Shown: positions 13,545-25,175 of the stretch, piece by piece
How the letters are laid out: each line of letters begins with the position of its first letter
How positions within the stretch are numbered: the first letter of the stretch is position 1
Assembly (NCBI GenBank): GCA_002269645.1
Contig: NIVC01001666.1
Span: 189,829-253,828 of the forward strand
Origin: Macrostomum lignano
Lineage: Eukaryota
DNA length: 64,000 nucleotides
Direction of reading: 5' to 3'
Program-made: the position numbers and the translations under genes
The notes under the pieces: generated by a model
Told to the model about the DNA's origin: nothing
What the model saw: the letters and a program-made list of their open reading frames with translations, nothing else
The model's database searches: none

Positions 13545-13886
13545 AACTAACAGATGTCTAACAGCCTCAAACACTCAACTAACAGATGTCTAACAGCCTC
13601 AAGCACCAAACTAACAAACATCTAACAGCCTTGAACACTCAATTAACAGATATCTAACAGCCTTGAACACTCAACTAACAGATGTCTAACAGCCTCGAAC
13701 ACTCAATTAACAGATGTCTAACAGCCTTGAACACTCAATTAACAGATATCTAACAGCCTCGAACACTCAACTAACAGATATCTAACAGCCTTGAACACTC
13801 AATTAACAGATACCTAACAGCCTCGAACACTCAACTAATAGATATCTGACAGCCTCGAACACTCAATTAACAGATATCTAACAGCA
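13545..13886. repeat. 32-bp minisatellite (aacagatatctaacagcctcgaacactcaatt)
   Basis: About 10 tandem copies. Confidence 0.9.
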
Positions 13887-14323
13887 CTGAAATTCAGACA
13901 AGAAATTCATTAACAAGACGCCAACAGGAAAGCAATTACAGAAATTTCAGCAGTGCACGCAAACAATTTTGCTGGAGCCCCCCCCCCGCAATTACGAGTC
14001 GCATTTCTTCTGCTCATCTCTTCCCCCACTGCATTTCCAACCTCGCCATTGGCTTGGAAACTGGGGCTGCTGGCTTCAACGTAGCGACCCAGCGACCCAA
14101 TGGCCGTAAAGAGTTTCACTGAGTAAATCATTATAGGGTCATGTTCAGCCTTCAGTTTGCATTGGGAAGACGAATCCAGATATTGCAAAATTGCAAAGCA
14201 GAAGAAGAATTTTATATTTTATAATTTTCTCCACGATCTCCCTGCAAACATTTTACAGAGAATTCTGCCCATGTGCCAACCCAACTGACTTCGTGAGTGC
14301 AACTGCTGCTCTTTGATGGACAG

Positions 14324-14434
<111 letters not shown>

Positions 14435-14677
14435 GTTTCAATTTTCCCTCAAAGCGCGGAAAGCTTTCGGGCCCCGCCAGTTTGTCCCGGATTTCGCTCC
14501 TTTGTCGGGTCCTCGAACTGGGTTGAACTTTTCTGTTCCTCTCTCTCTCAGCTCTGCTGCAATATGTTAGTCTGAAAATCGTGTCATTGTCTTCTTTCTC
14601 TACTTCAAAGAGTTTATTCCCGGCAACTATTCGGAAATTAACAGGTATTCCTGGCACATTCAGAAAGGGGCCCAATC

Positions 14678-15003
14678 CCAGATCCTCAGTTTCAAAACAC
14701 GGCCAGCCTCCCAGATCCTCAGTTGCTGGGCCAGCCTCCCAGATCCTCAGTTGCTGGGCTAGCCTCCCAGATACTCAGTTGCTGCGCCAGCCTCCCAGAT
14801 CCCCTGTTGCTAGGCCAGCCTCCCAGATCCTCAGTTGCTGGGCCAGCCTCCCAGATCCTCAGTTGCTGCGCCAGCCTCCCAGATCCTCAGTTGCTGGGCC
14901 AGCCTCCCAGATCCTCAGTTGCTGCGCCAGCCTCCCAGATCCTCAGGTTCTGGGTCAGCCTCCTAGATCCTCAGTTGCTGGGCCACAGCCATCCTCCCAG
15001 ATC
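14678..15003. repeat. 28-bp minisatellite (gccagcctcccagatcctcagttgctgg), copy A
   Basis: Tandem copies; the same unit recurs at 36108-36635. Confidence 0.9.
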
Positions 15004-16338
15004 CCCTTAAACTGTTACGTAATCAACTGCTAATTCATTTCGTTTTGATTAATGTTCTGATATTTTAGCTTCTCAAGCAGCTTATCATCCATTAAAAAGA
15101 TGAACTCAAGGTCTCCCATTTGAGCGCTTCCGCCAAGCAGTTACCCCCCCCCCAGTTCCCTCCCTGACTCTGCATTTCATTAGCTCTGCTAGAGGGCAAT
15201 AGATCAGCAGACAGAAGGGGCTCAGAGTGTCTCTGACTTGTCAAACCCGCTGATTGACTGCCTGGGAAAATCAAGACGGATCAGTAGCGTGCAGGGACAG
15301 CAGCCGACCGAGTGGCATTTTCTTTCTTTGCTTCCTCCTTTTTTGCGGAACTAATCGCCTCATATCCTTTCCACCCCTTCGTGCTCACTCGCCCGCCAAG
15401 CCCGCTGTGCCCAGCATGTCCCGGAGATTGAAACATTTATAATCCGGGCATATTTCCTCACTACGGCCGGGACTCCCCCCCCCCGAGTCCTCATTCTCCC
15501 TGATCCCCCGTCTGGCCAAATATTCCCCACCCCGGCCTCATCCTCCTTCACAAGTCCAGGGAAAACTCCCGACTCGGCGGCCGAGGGAGTGTTGCCCAGG
15601 GCTTGAGCCAGCATCCTGCATCCTCCTCTCGGCTCTCTTCCCCAGCTCCATCCGCCAAATCCCGCGGGAGAGTCGCCTGGAATGGGGGGGGGGGGGAGCA
15701 GAGCCCACGTCCTCTCCAGTCACAAACAGAAAAATGGGAACATTTTAAAAAAATCTACAATCAAAGAATTAAAATGCATAAAAGTAATCTCTGATTCTGA
15801 AATTTTAATGGCTGCTCTCAAGAGACTGGAGCGGTTATCCATTCGTTGGTCACATCAAGGCAGGGACTTCCGAAGCAGTCAGGCCCATTCCACTGACCCC
15901 TTGAGCACACTCACGCAACGGCCCCTGACTTGGTCATTGTGAAGCCAAGGACCACTCAAGTATAGAAAGACTGGAAACCATGCTTCGTGAAAAACTTTAG
16001 GAGGCAATACTGCAATAATAATAATTAATATTAATGGTTTTAATTGCCGGAAAGAATATAACTTTTAGAAGTTGTGATGCAGAAGCACTTTTTAGCGGCT
16101 CTTTATCGATTTATTTAATTTTACCGGAACATTCAACAGAGAAAGTCAGCTTCCTGGCTGCAAGCTGAGAAAGTCTCAACCTGTTGTTTGGTACCTCTTA
16201 GACTCTGATTCAAGATGCCAAACTCACAGCTCTAATCTGAATTCCTGTTTGGCTAAGCTAGCAATCCATCATATTTATTTCCGAGCAGCCCCAGCCATGG
16301 TCAGCTAGCCCGCTCTCAAGCCTGCCCGACCAGCAGCC

Positions 16339-17219
16339 ATGGAGAGCGTTCTCGTCTTTATGAACAAGAACTACTTCCACCGGGCTGGGAGTCTCCTGGC
16401 TCCCTGGCACCTGGACTCCAACTACAGCCGGGTTCGAGTCACCGTCAAGACCCGCAAGCTGACTGCGACGCTGTGCATCGTGGCCGAAGTCAACTCGTCG
16501 GGCGCTTCAACAAAGGCGGCCCCGTCAAAGAAGCAGCCAATCACGGCCGCATTCGACAATCGGACGGTGCTGAAGAAGTCGATGCCCTTGAGCAGCCTGA
16601 AGGACGCCAGCCTGTCTTGTCGGGAGGTTCAGCGCACCAGAGTGTACTGCCTGACGCTGCGGCAGAGCAGCCTGTTGACTGGCGGCACCGTGAATCTGTA
16701 CCACGAGCGCTACATGGAGATCGACAAGATCTACAGCTTCCTGCACGCCTGCCGACGGCCCATCGGCGTCTTCCTGGACCTCTTCGACCGGCTGCACAGC
16801 GGCCTCGGCCGGGGCAGCTGCGCCGAAGCGTCCGAGGCCGCTGCTGCCCTGGCCGACGGCGGCCGCAGCTGGGTGGTGAAGCTGCTGAACAACCTGACGG
16901 TGCAGAGTCTCGGCCTCTGCTCGGACTATCTCTACGTCCTGCGCGTCACTCAGGACAGCTTTGAACTGCAGGACGTCAACCAGTCGTGCATCCTGCCCTG
17001 CCCGCTGGTGAACATCGTGAAGTACGGCTCGCTGAACGGCTGGCTGTTCCTGCAGTACGCCACCTCGTCGTCCGCAGTCGGCCAGCAGGGCGGCTACTTG
17101 GCGCTGCAGTGCAGCCGGGCCCGGCAGCTGCACGCGCTGTTCAAGCAGCTCCTCGGCGGCAAGTTCATCAGGAAGTGGCCGAGCGATCCGTGCCTGCGGC
17201 CAAGCTGTCGGCGACCTCT

Positions 17220-17251
<32 letters not shown>

Positions 17252-17715
17252 TGTCGCCGTCGAACCAGCAACCGGGAGGTCACCAGCTGCGCGGCAGCAG
17301 TGTTCGACGTCGAGACGCCTCGTTTAACGCCCACCGTCCGCGCTCCCGAGTTCAACTCGACGCTGGGGCCGCCGGCGGTTCATCAAAGACTCCGTCGCCG
17401 TGTCGACGTCGCGGCTCTTTCGGCCGGTTCAGCTTCTTCAAGAAGCAGCGGCTGAAGGAGACTGGCTGGGCCTTCGCGCACCACCAGTCTGATGTGAGCG
17501 TCGCATCGTCGACCTCCTCCGGCGGAGGCGGCGGGCCCGGAGACACTGGCGGCGGCGGCGGCGGCGGCGATGGCAGCTCGAGCGCGTCATCGGTGGCTTC
17601 GCTGTCGCACCTGGACGAGAAACCCAGCCGAAGGCGCTCTGTTATTAAGAGCATCAGACGCGTATCGCGAAGTCTGAGGCACAGACATGACAAAAAGACT
17701 GAGGCAGTAGCTTAG
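16339..17715 (+). CDS. IRS/Dok-like adaptor protein (putative N-terminal PH domain + IRS-type PTB domain + low-complexity tail), 458 aa, single exon
   Basis: Uninterrupted GC3-rich ORF with a gccATGG start. The segment WVVKLLNN..LGLCSDYLYVLRVTQDSFEL..CPLVNIVKYGSLNGWLFLQY..GGYLALQCSRARQLH follows the IRS/Dok PTB pattern (W.VK..., Y.L.VT, ..I.RYG...F.F, G.G.F...). The PH assignment for residues ~1-140 is weaker. Confidence 0.75.
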
Positions 17716-17751
17716 AAAGTTTTACGAGAACTTATAGCGAAATTGGCTTCG

Positions 17752-18832
17752 AAGGAGGGTGGGTGGAGGAGGAGGGCTGGGTGCGAGAGGAGGGTAGGGT
17801 GAAATATGAGGGGTGGGTGCAGGAGGAGGGCTGGGTGCAAGATGAGGGGGAAGAGGAGGGATGGGTGCAAGTGGAGGGGGAAAAGAGGAGGGGTGGGTGC
17901 TAGTGGAGGGGTGGGTTCAAGAGGAGGGGGGAAGAGGAGGGCTGGGTGCAAGAGGAGGGGGAAGAGGAGGGTGGGTGCAAGAGGAGGGGAGGGGTAGGTG
18001 CTAGAGGAGGGGGAAGAGGAGGGGTGGATGCAAGAGGGGGGGAAGAGGAGGGGTGGGTGCAAGAGGAGGGAGGAAGAGGAGGGGTGGGTGCAAGAGGAGG
18101 GAGGAAGAGGAGGGGTGGGTGCAAGAGGAGGGGGAAGAGGAGGGCTGGGTGCAAGAGGAGGGGTGGGTGCAGGAAGAGTGGTGGGTGCAGGAGGAAGAGG
18201 GGTGGGTGCAGGAGGAGGGGTGGGTGCAAGAGGAGGGGTAAGTGCATAGTTCAACAGCAGTGGGTGCAAGTGGAGGGGTGGGTGCAAGTGGAGGGGTGGG
18301 TGCAAGAGGAGGAGGAAGAGGAGGGGTGGGTGCAAGAGGAGGGGTGGGTGCAGGAAGAGTGGTGGGTGCAGGAGGAAGAGGGGTGGGTGCAGGAGGAGGG
18401 GTGGGTGCAAGAGGAGGGGTAAGTGCATAGTTCAACAGCAATGGGTGCAAGTGGAGGGGTGGGTGCAAGTGGAGGGGTGGGTGCAAGAGGAGGGGGGAAG
18501 AGGAGGAGTGGGTGCAAGAGGAGGGGTGGGTGCAGGAAGAGTGGTGGGTGCAGGAGGAAGAGGGGTGGGTGCAGGAGGAGGGGTGGGTGCAAGAGGAGGG
18601 GTAAGTGCATAGTTCAACAGCAATGGGTGCAAGTGGAGGGGTGGGTGCAAGTGGAGGGGTGGGTGCAAGAGGAGGGGGGAAGAGGAGGAGTGGGTGCAAG
18701 AGGAGGGGTGGGTGCAGGAAGAGTGGTGGGTGCAGGAGGAAGAGGGGTGGGTGCAGGAGGAGGGGTGGGTGCAAGAGGAGGGGTAAGTGCATCGTTCAAC
18801 AGCAGTGGGTGCAGGAGAGTTGCGTATCCCAG
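17752..18832. repeat. Purine-rich (gggtgggtgcaagaggag) array with a ~182-bp higher-order repeat
   Basis: The marker gtaagtgcat recurs at 18238, 18419, 18601 and 18783. Confidence 0.9.
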
Positions 18833-19138
18833 AAGTCCAGCAGGAAATGAGTTCAGTCCTCAACAAACATTGCACAAGGCGTTACAATCGAGTAAACACA
18901 CGGAAGCAGTGTGCTCAAGAGAATACTCGGATTATGAAATTTGCTGAGTGCTACAAGGCGTCACAGGGGGTCATTTTGTCTAGGGAAGAAGCAGAGAGAG
19001 CGACAGGAGAGGATTGTGCAAAGGAAGTCGCTCTGGAGTTAGTGTTTGAGAAGAACTGAGCGCAAATAAGCCCAAGGTATGGAAGCACTGGCTGCACATC
19101 TTCCGAAAGCTGCTTAAGTGCAGAGGCATCGGGCCTTT

Positions 19139-19241
<103 letters not shown>

Positions 19242-19679
19242 CTTCATCGATTCGCACAGCTGCCTCCGTGAGCCTTGTCGCCTCTTTCTGAGTTTCTTTA
19301 TTAGGCTTCAGTTAAAAAAGCCGATTTCACACATTAACTGAGAATTCGCTCGGTTTCAGCAATAACCTGCGCCCTCCCACACACATCTGTCTGGCCGGGC
19401 CTCACTGCTATCCGATTTCTCATTTTCAGCCTCCCAGATGAAGCGTGTTGTACAGATAAAGTAAAAGTGCACTACGCTGATTGGAGCAGCTGTGTCATTT
19501 CTCTGTGCAGCAGTTCATCTTTCCAGCTTAATCTCCGTCATTCCATGTCATACTGCAACATTGTACCTTATATTCATGCACTGGCAAACTCTGTGACCTG
19601 CAGATTATCGAGTATTAAAGAGGCTGGATCTTCTGCATCGAATTTTTTCTGCATCGATTTTATTCTGCATCGATTAATG

Positions 19680-20322
<643 letters not shown>

Positions 20323-20929
20323 GCAGATATGGCAATAGAAATCCCGCAGAAAAAGCAAAAGGGGAAGAAGAAGCAGGGGAAATGAGCGGGACCGAAGGCG
20401 GCCGGGCCGCAAGCCTCCGCCTATCCGCCAGTTAATTACCACGCAACCTGCGGGCGGTGAGGTCAGGTGCTTCTCTCTGCTCAAAGCTCTCCTTGTCTAT
20501 CGAGTCTCATCTGAAAGGGATTTCTTTCCATCTCAAAGCCAGCAGCAGCCCCGACTGAGTGGCCGGGGAACGCATCTGGGCATAGGGGCTTGTCTGGATG
20601 AATGGGACAGTCATCCCCTGTTCCAATTCAACATGCAGCATCAAGAACAGCCTCTGGACTGACATCAGCCTCTACCTGTCATGTGGTCACTGTTCCGACA
20701 ATATCAATTTCATCAATTTTTATTGCGATGTGTCCTGTCGACATGGCTTTTTATTCAATGTGTTTTTGTCATGCAACTGTAAAGTACATCCTCAACTTGA
20801 TTTTATGAGAATAATTCACTATTTTGCGTTGCCCTGATTGCCTGGCGTCATTAAAAACTGCTTTGAGTTATATTAGATATGAATATTGATTATGAAATAT
20901 GCAGAGTTTAACAAACCAATAACTATTTG

Positions 20930-22250
20930 TCGCATCTGACCGAATACTCAGCAATCATCTGACAGAATACTCAGCAATCATCTGACAGAATACTCAGCAA
21001 TCATCTGACAGAATACTCAGCAATCATCTGACAGAATACTCAGCAATCATCTGACAGAATACTCAGCAATCATCTGACCGAATACTCAGCAATCATCTGA
21101 CAGAATACTCAGCAATCATCTGACAGAATACTCAGCAATCATCTGACCGAATACTCAGCAATCATCTGACAGAATACTCAGCAATCATCTGACAGAATAC
21201 TCAGCAATCATCTGACAGAATACTCAGCAATCATCTGACAGAATACTCAGCAATCATCTGACAGAATACTCAGCAATCATCTGACAGAATACTCAGCAAT
21301 CATCTGACAGAATACTCAGCAATCATCTGACAGAATACTCAGCAATCATCTGACAGAATACTCAGCAATCATCTGACAGAATACTCAGCAATCATCTGAC
21401 AGAATACTCAGCAATCATCTGACAGAATACTCAGCAATCATCTGACAGAATACTCAGCAATCATCTGACAGAATACTCAGCAATCATCTGACAGAATACT
21501 CAGCAATCATCTGACAGAATACTCAGCAATCATCTGACAGAATACTCAGCAATCATCTGACAGAATACTCAGCAATCATCTGACAGAATACTCAGCAATC
21601 ATCTGACAGAATACTCAGCAATCATCTGACAGAATACTCAGCAATCATCTGACAGAATACTCAGCAATCATCTGACAGAATACTCAGCAATCATCTGACC
21701 GAATACTCAGCAATCATCTGACAGAATACTCAGCAATCATCTGACAGAATACTCAGCAATCATCTGACAGAATACTCAGCAATCATCTGACAGAATACTC
21801 AGCAATCATCTGATAGAATACTCAGCAATCATCTGACAGAATACTCAGCAATCATCTGCAGCAATCATCTGACAGAATACCCAGCAATCATCTGACAGAA
21901 TACTCAGCAATCATCTGACAGAATACTCAGCAATCATCTGACAGAATACTCAGCAATCATCTGACAGAATACTCAGCAATCATCTGACAGAATACTCAGC
22001 AATCATCTGACAGAATACTCAGCAATCATCTGACAGAATACTCAGCAATCATCTGACAGAATACTCAGCAATCATCTGACAGAATACTCAGCAATCATCT
22101 GAAATCTGACAGAATACTCAGCAATCATCTGACAGAATACTCAGCAATCATCTGACAGAATACTCAGCAATCATCTGACAGAATACTCAGCAATCATCTG
22201 ACAGAATACTCAGCAATCATCTGACAGAATACTCAGCAATCATCTGACAG
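20930..22250. repeat. Highly homogeneous 23-bp minisatellite (gaatactcagcaatcatctgaca)
   Basis: More than 50 near-identical direct copies with no spacers. Confidence 0.95.
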
Positions 22251-22679
22251 TTAAAAAAAGCTTTTAAATAATTTTCTAGTTAACGATGGCACAAAACTGC
22301 GCAATGCTCATTTCAAAAGGTAAAAAAGTGCTTAAAGTCTGAATAAAGTTTTTAGTCCAAGTTTAGTCATATCGGAAGCAATTCTGAGTTTGGATTCCTG
22401 CCAGGTAAATGAAACTTCACTCTTTTAGTCACGGCATAGCTCGTGGCCACTTCCTGTCAATAAACTGCAGCACCTTATAGCTTTATTTGCCGTCATATTT
22501 GTCTGTCATATTTTCGTGAGCCCATTACTGAAACATTCGCGTGATATATAAATTCGCAGAAATCCTACTCTAAGTAGACTGCTGCGAGCGTTAAGTATGA
22601 CACTCTCAAGATATTAGTGGGCTATGGCCCAGAAATACAAGGCGTATGGACCTATCCGACTGTTGCAAACTATCACATC

Positions 22680-24135
22680 CCCTCAAAGACAGCAGTACCC
22701 TCAAAGACAGCACCCTCAAAGACAGCACCCTCAAAGATAGCACCCTCAAACACAGCACCCTCAAACACAGCACCCTCAAAAATAGCACCCTCAAAGACAA
22801 CACCCTCAAACACAGCAGCACCCTCAAAGACAACACCCTCAAACACAGCAGCACCCTCAAAGACAGCACCCTCAAACACAGCACCCTCAAAGACAGCAGT
22901 ACCCTCAAAGACAGCACCCTCAAACACAGCACCCTCGAAGACAGCACCCTCGAAGACAGCAGCACCCTCAAAGACAGCACCCTCAAACACAGCACCCTCA
23001 AAGACAGCAGTACCCTCAAAGACAGCACCCTCAAACACAGCACCCTCAAACACAGCACCCTCAAAAATAGCACCCTCAAAGACAGCACCCTCAAACACAG
23101 CACCCTCAAACACAGCACCCTCAAAGACAGCACCCTCAAACACAGCAGCACCCTCAAGGACAGCAGCACCCTCAAAGACAGCAGCAACCTCAAGGACAGC
23201 AGCACCCTCAAGGACAGCAGCACCCTCAAAGACAGCAGCACCCTCAAGGACAGCAGCACCCTCAAGGACAGCAGCACCCTCAAAGACAGCAGCACCCTCA
23301 AGGACAGCAGCACCCTCAAAGACAGCAGCACCCTCAAAGACAGCAGCACCCTCAAGGACAGCAGCACCCTCAAGGACAGCAGCACCCTCAAAGACAGCAG
23401 CACCCTCAAGGACAGCAGCACCCTCAAAGACAACACCCTCAAACACAGCACCCTAAAAGACAGCACCCTAAAAGACAGCACACTAAAAGACAGCACCCTC
23501 AAAGACAGCACCCTCAAAGACAGCAGCACCCTCAAGGACAGCAGCACCCTCAAAGACAGCAGCACCCTCAAGGACAGCAGCACCCTCAAGGACAGCAGCA
23601 CCCTCAAAGACAGCAGCACCCTCAAGGACAGCAGCACCCTCAAGGACAGCAGCACCCTCAAAGACAGCAGCACCCTCAAGGACAGCAGCACCCTCAAAGA
23701 CAACACCCTCAAACACAGCACCCTAAAAGACAGCACCCTAAAAGACAGCACACTAAAAGACAGCACCCTCAAAGACAGCACCCTCAAAGACAGCAGTACC
23801 CTCAAAGACAGCACCCTCAAACATAGCAGCACCCTCAAAGACAGCACCCTCAAAGACAGCACCCTCAAAGACAGCACCTTCAAACACAGCACCCTCAAAG
23901 ACAGCACCCTCAAACATAGCACCCTCAAAGACAGCACCCTCAAACACAGCAGCACCCTCAAAGACAGCAGCACCCTCAAACATAGCACCCTCAAAGACAG
24001 CACCCTCAAACACAGCACCCTCAAAGACAGCACCCTCAAACACAGCAGCACCCTCAAAGACAGCACCCTCAAACACAGCAGCACCCTCAAAGACAGCACC
24101 CTCAAACACAGCAGCACCCCCAAAAACAGCACCTC
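22680..24135. repeat. 15/18-bp minisatellite (gacagc[agc]accctcaaa), frame-preserving
   Basis: Units differ by one agc triplet. Produces the 504-aa DSTLK ORF and a 508-aa antisense ORF. Confidence 0.9.
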
Positions 24136-24643
24136 AATAGAGTTCAGGATAAGTCCATGAAAATTAGCATCTGCTCGGACAGACTACCAATGGAATATTG
24201 GTTTGATTTTAACTAATACTTACATAATAATGACACATTTAACTGAGGCCATTATTAGGAGCAACAAAGCCACAATGCAAATGATTACGCAATATCGCAA
24301 TGCTTTGTCATTGATCTGCACTCGGGGGGACACTACAATACCAGAGCGGCAAAGGGGGGTGCAAAGCCAGGCCTTTGTTTGCAGAAACACTGATACAAAT
24401 GACACAAGCCAAACTAGTAAAATAGAATGCGAAGCTCGGGAATTGAAATAAATTATGCTAGGAATTTGCAATGAAAGCGTAAACTGATCGTTGCCTCACT
24501 ATATTCCAGTTTATGTTTTTTCCTTTTTGACATATTTTCAGTGGGTTTGACGTTTTCTTACGCATGATGAATAAGATTGTGAAGCCAGAAGGCCCGTTTT
24601 TGTAATGCCTGGTGTGTCGTTACTGGTGTCAGTTGACGGATGT

Positions 24644-24995
24644 TTGGGAGTAAATTGAGTCATTTTAGGCGTCAGTTGAGTCATTGTAGGGGTCAGTTGA
24701 GTCATTGTAGGTGTCAGTTGAGTCATTGTAGGTGTCAGTTGAGAGATGTTTGGGAGTAAATTGAGTCATTTTAGGCGTCAGTTGAGTCATTGTAGGTGTC
24801 AGTTGAGTCATTGTAGGTGTCAGTTGAGTCATTGTAGGTGTCAGTTGAGTCATTGTAGGTGTCAGTTGAGTCATTATAGGTGTCAGTTGAGTCATTGTAG
24901 GTGTCAGTTGAGTTATTGTAGGCGTCAGTTAAGTTATTGTAGGCGTCAGTTAAGTCACTGTACGAGAGAGGAAAGTAGGTGTCATTGTGGGTGTC
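24644..24995. repeat. 21-bp minisatellite (gtcagttgagtcattgtaggt)
   Basis: Tandem copies. Confidence 0.9.
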
Positions 24996-25175
24996 AGTTA
25001 ATTCAAGTAACTCCAGTTCGTTCTACTTTTAAAGAACCGTGAATTAAAAAGTGATTCAAATGTTTTGCGAAATAAAACAAATAATATGCATTGGTCCAAA
25101 GTTAAAGATACAGTTATTCCTGCGATAAAATGCTACATTATTTATTAATAATGCATTCATCATTTGACTGAATTG

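Noticed and set aside
15014-15023. Perfect PAR/NFIL3 site GTTACGTAAT upstream of the adaptor ORF
   Set aside because: One such 10-mer in 64 kb is compatible with chance, and it is not clustered.
16473-17693. Overlapping alternative-frame and antisense ORFs over GC-rich exons (also at 40-731, 8651-9871, 35419-36002, 37490-38075 and 54277-56696)
   Set aside because: Shadows of real coding exons with high GC3; no recognisable motifs.
17712-18947. Many long ORFs (Pro/Leu/His-, Gly/Arg- and Glu/Trp-rich) on both strands
   Set aside because: All are translations of the purine-rich array; multiple frames are open at once.
20598-20837. 79-aa ORF with 8 Cys (CxxxxC, CxxC, CxxxC, CxC)
   Set aside because: No signal peptide, no recognisable knuckle spacing, AT-rich codon usage unlike the real exons, and an in-frame stop just upstream. 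Cannot be supported without expression data.
20930-22250. CRISPR-like regular repeats here and at other arrays
   Set aside because: Units are directly adjacent with no unique spacers, there are no cas genes, and the context is eukaryotic with spliced genes.
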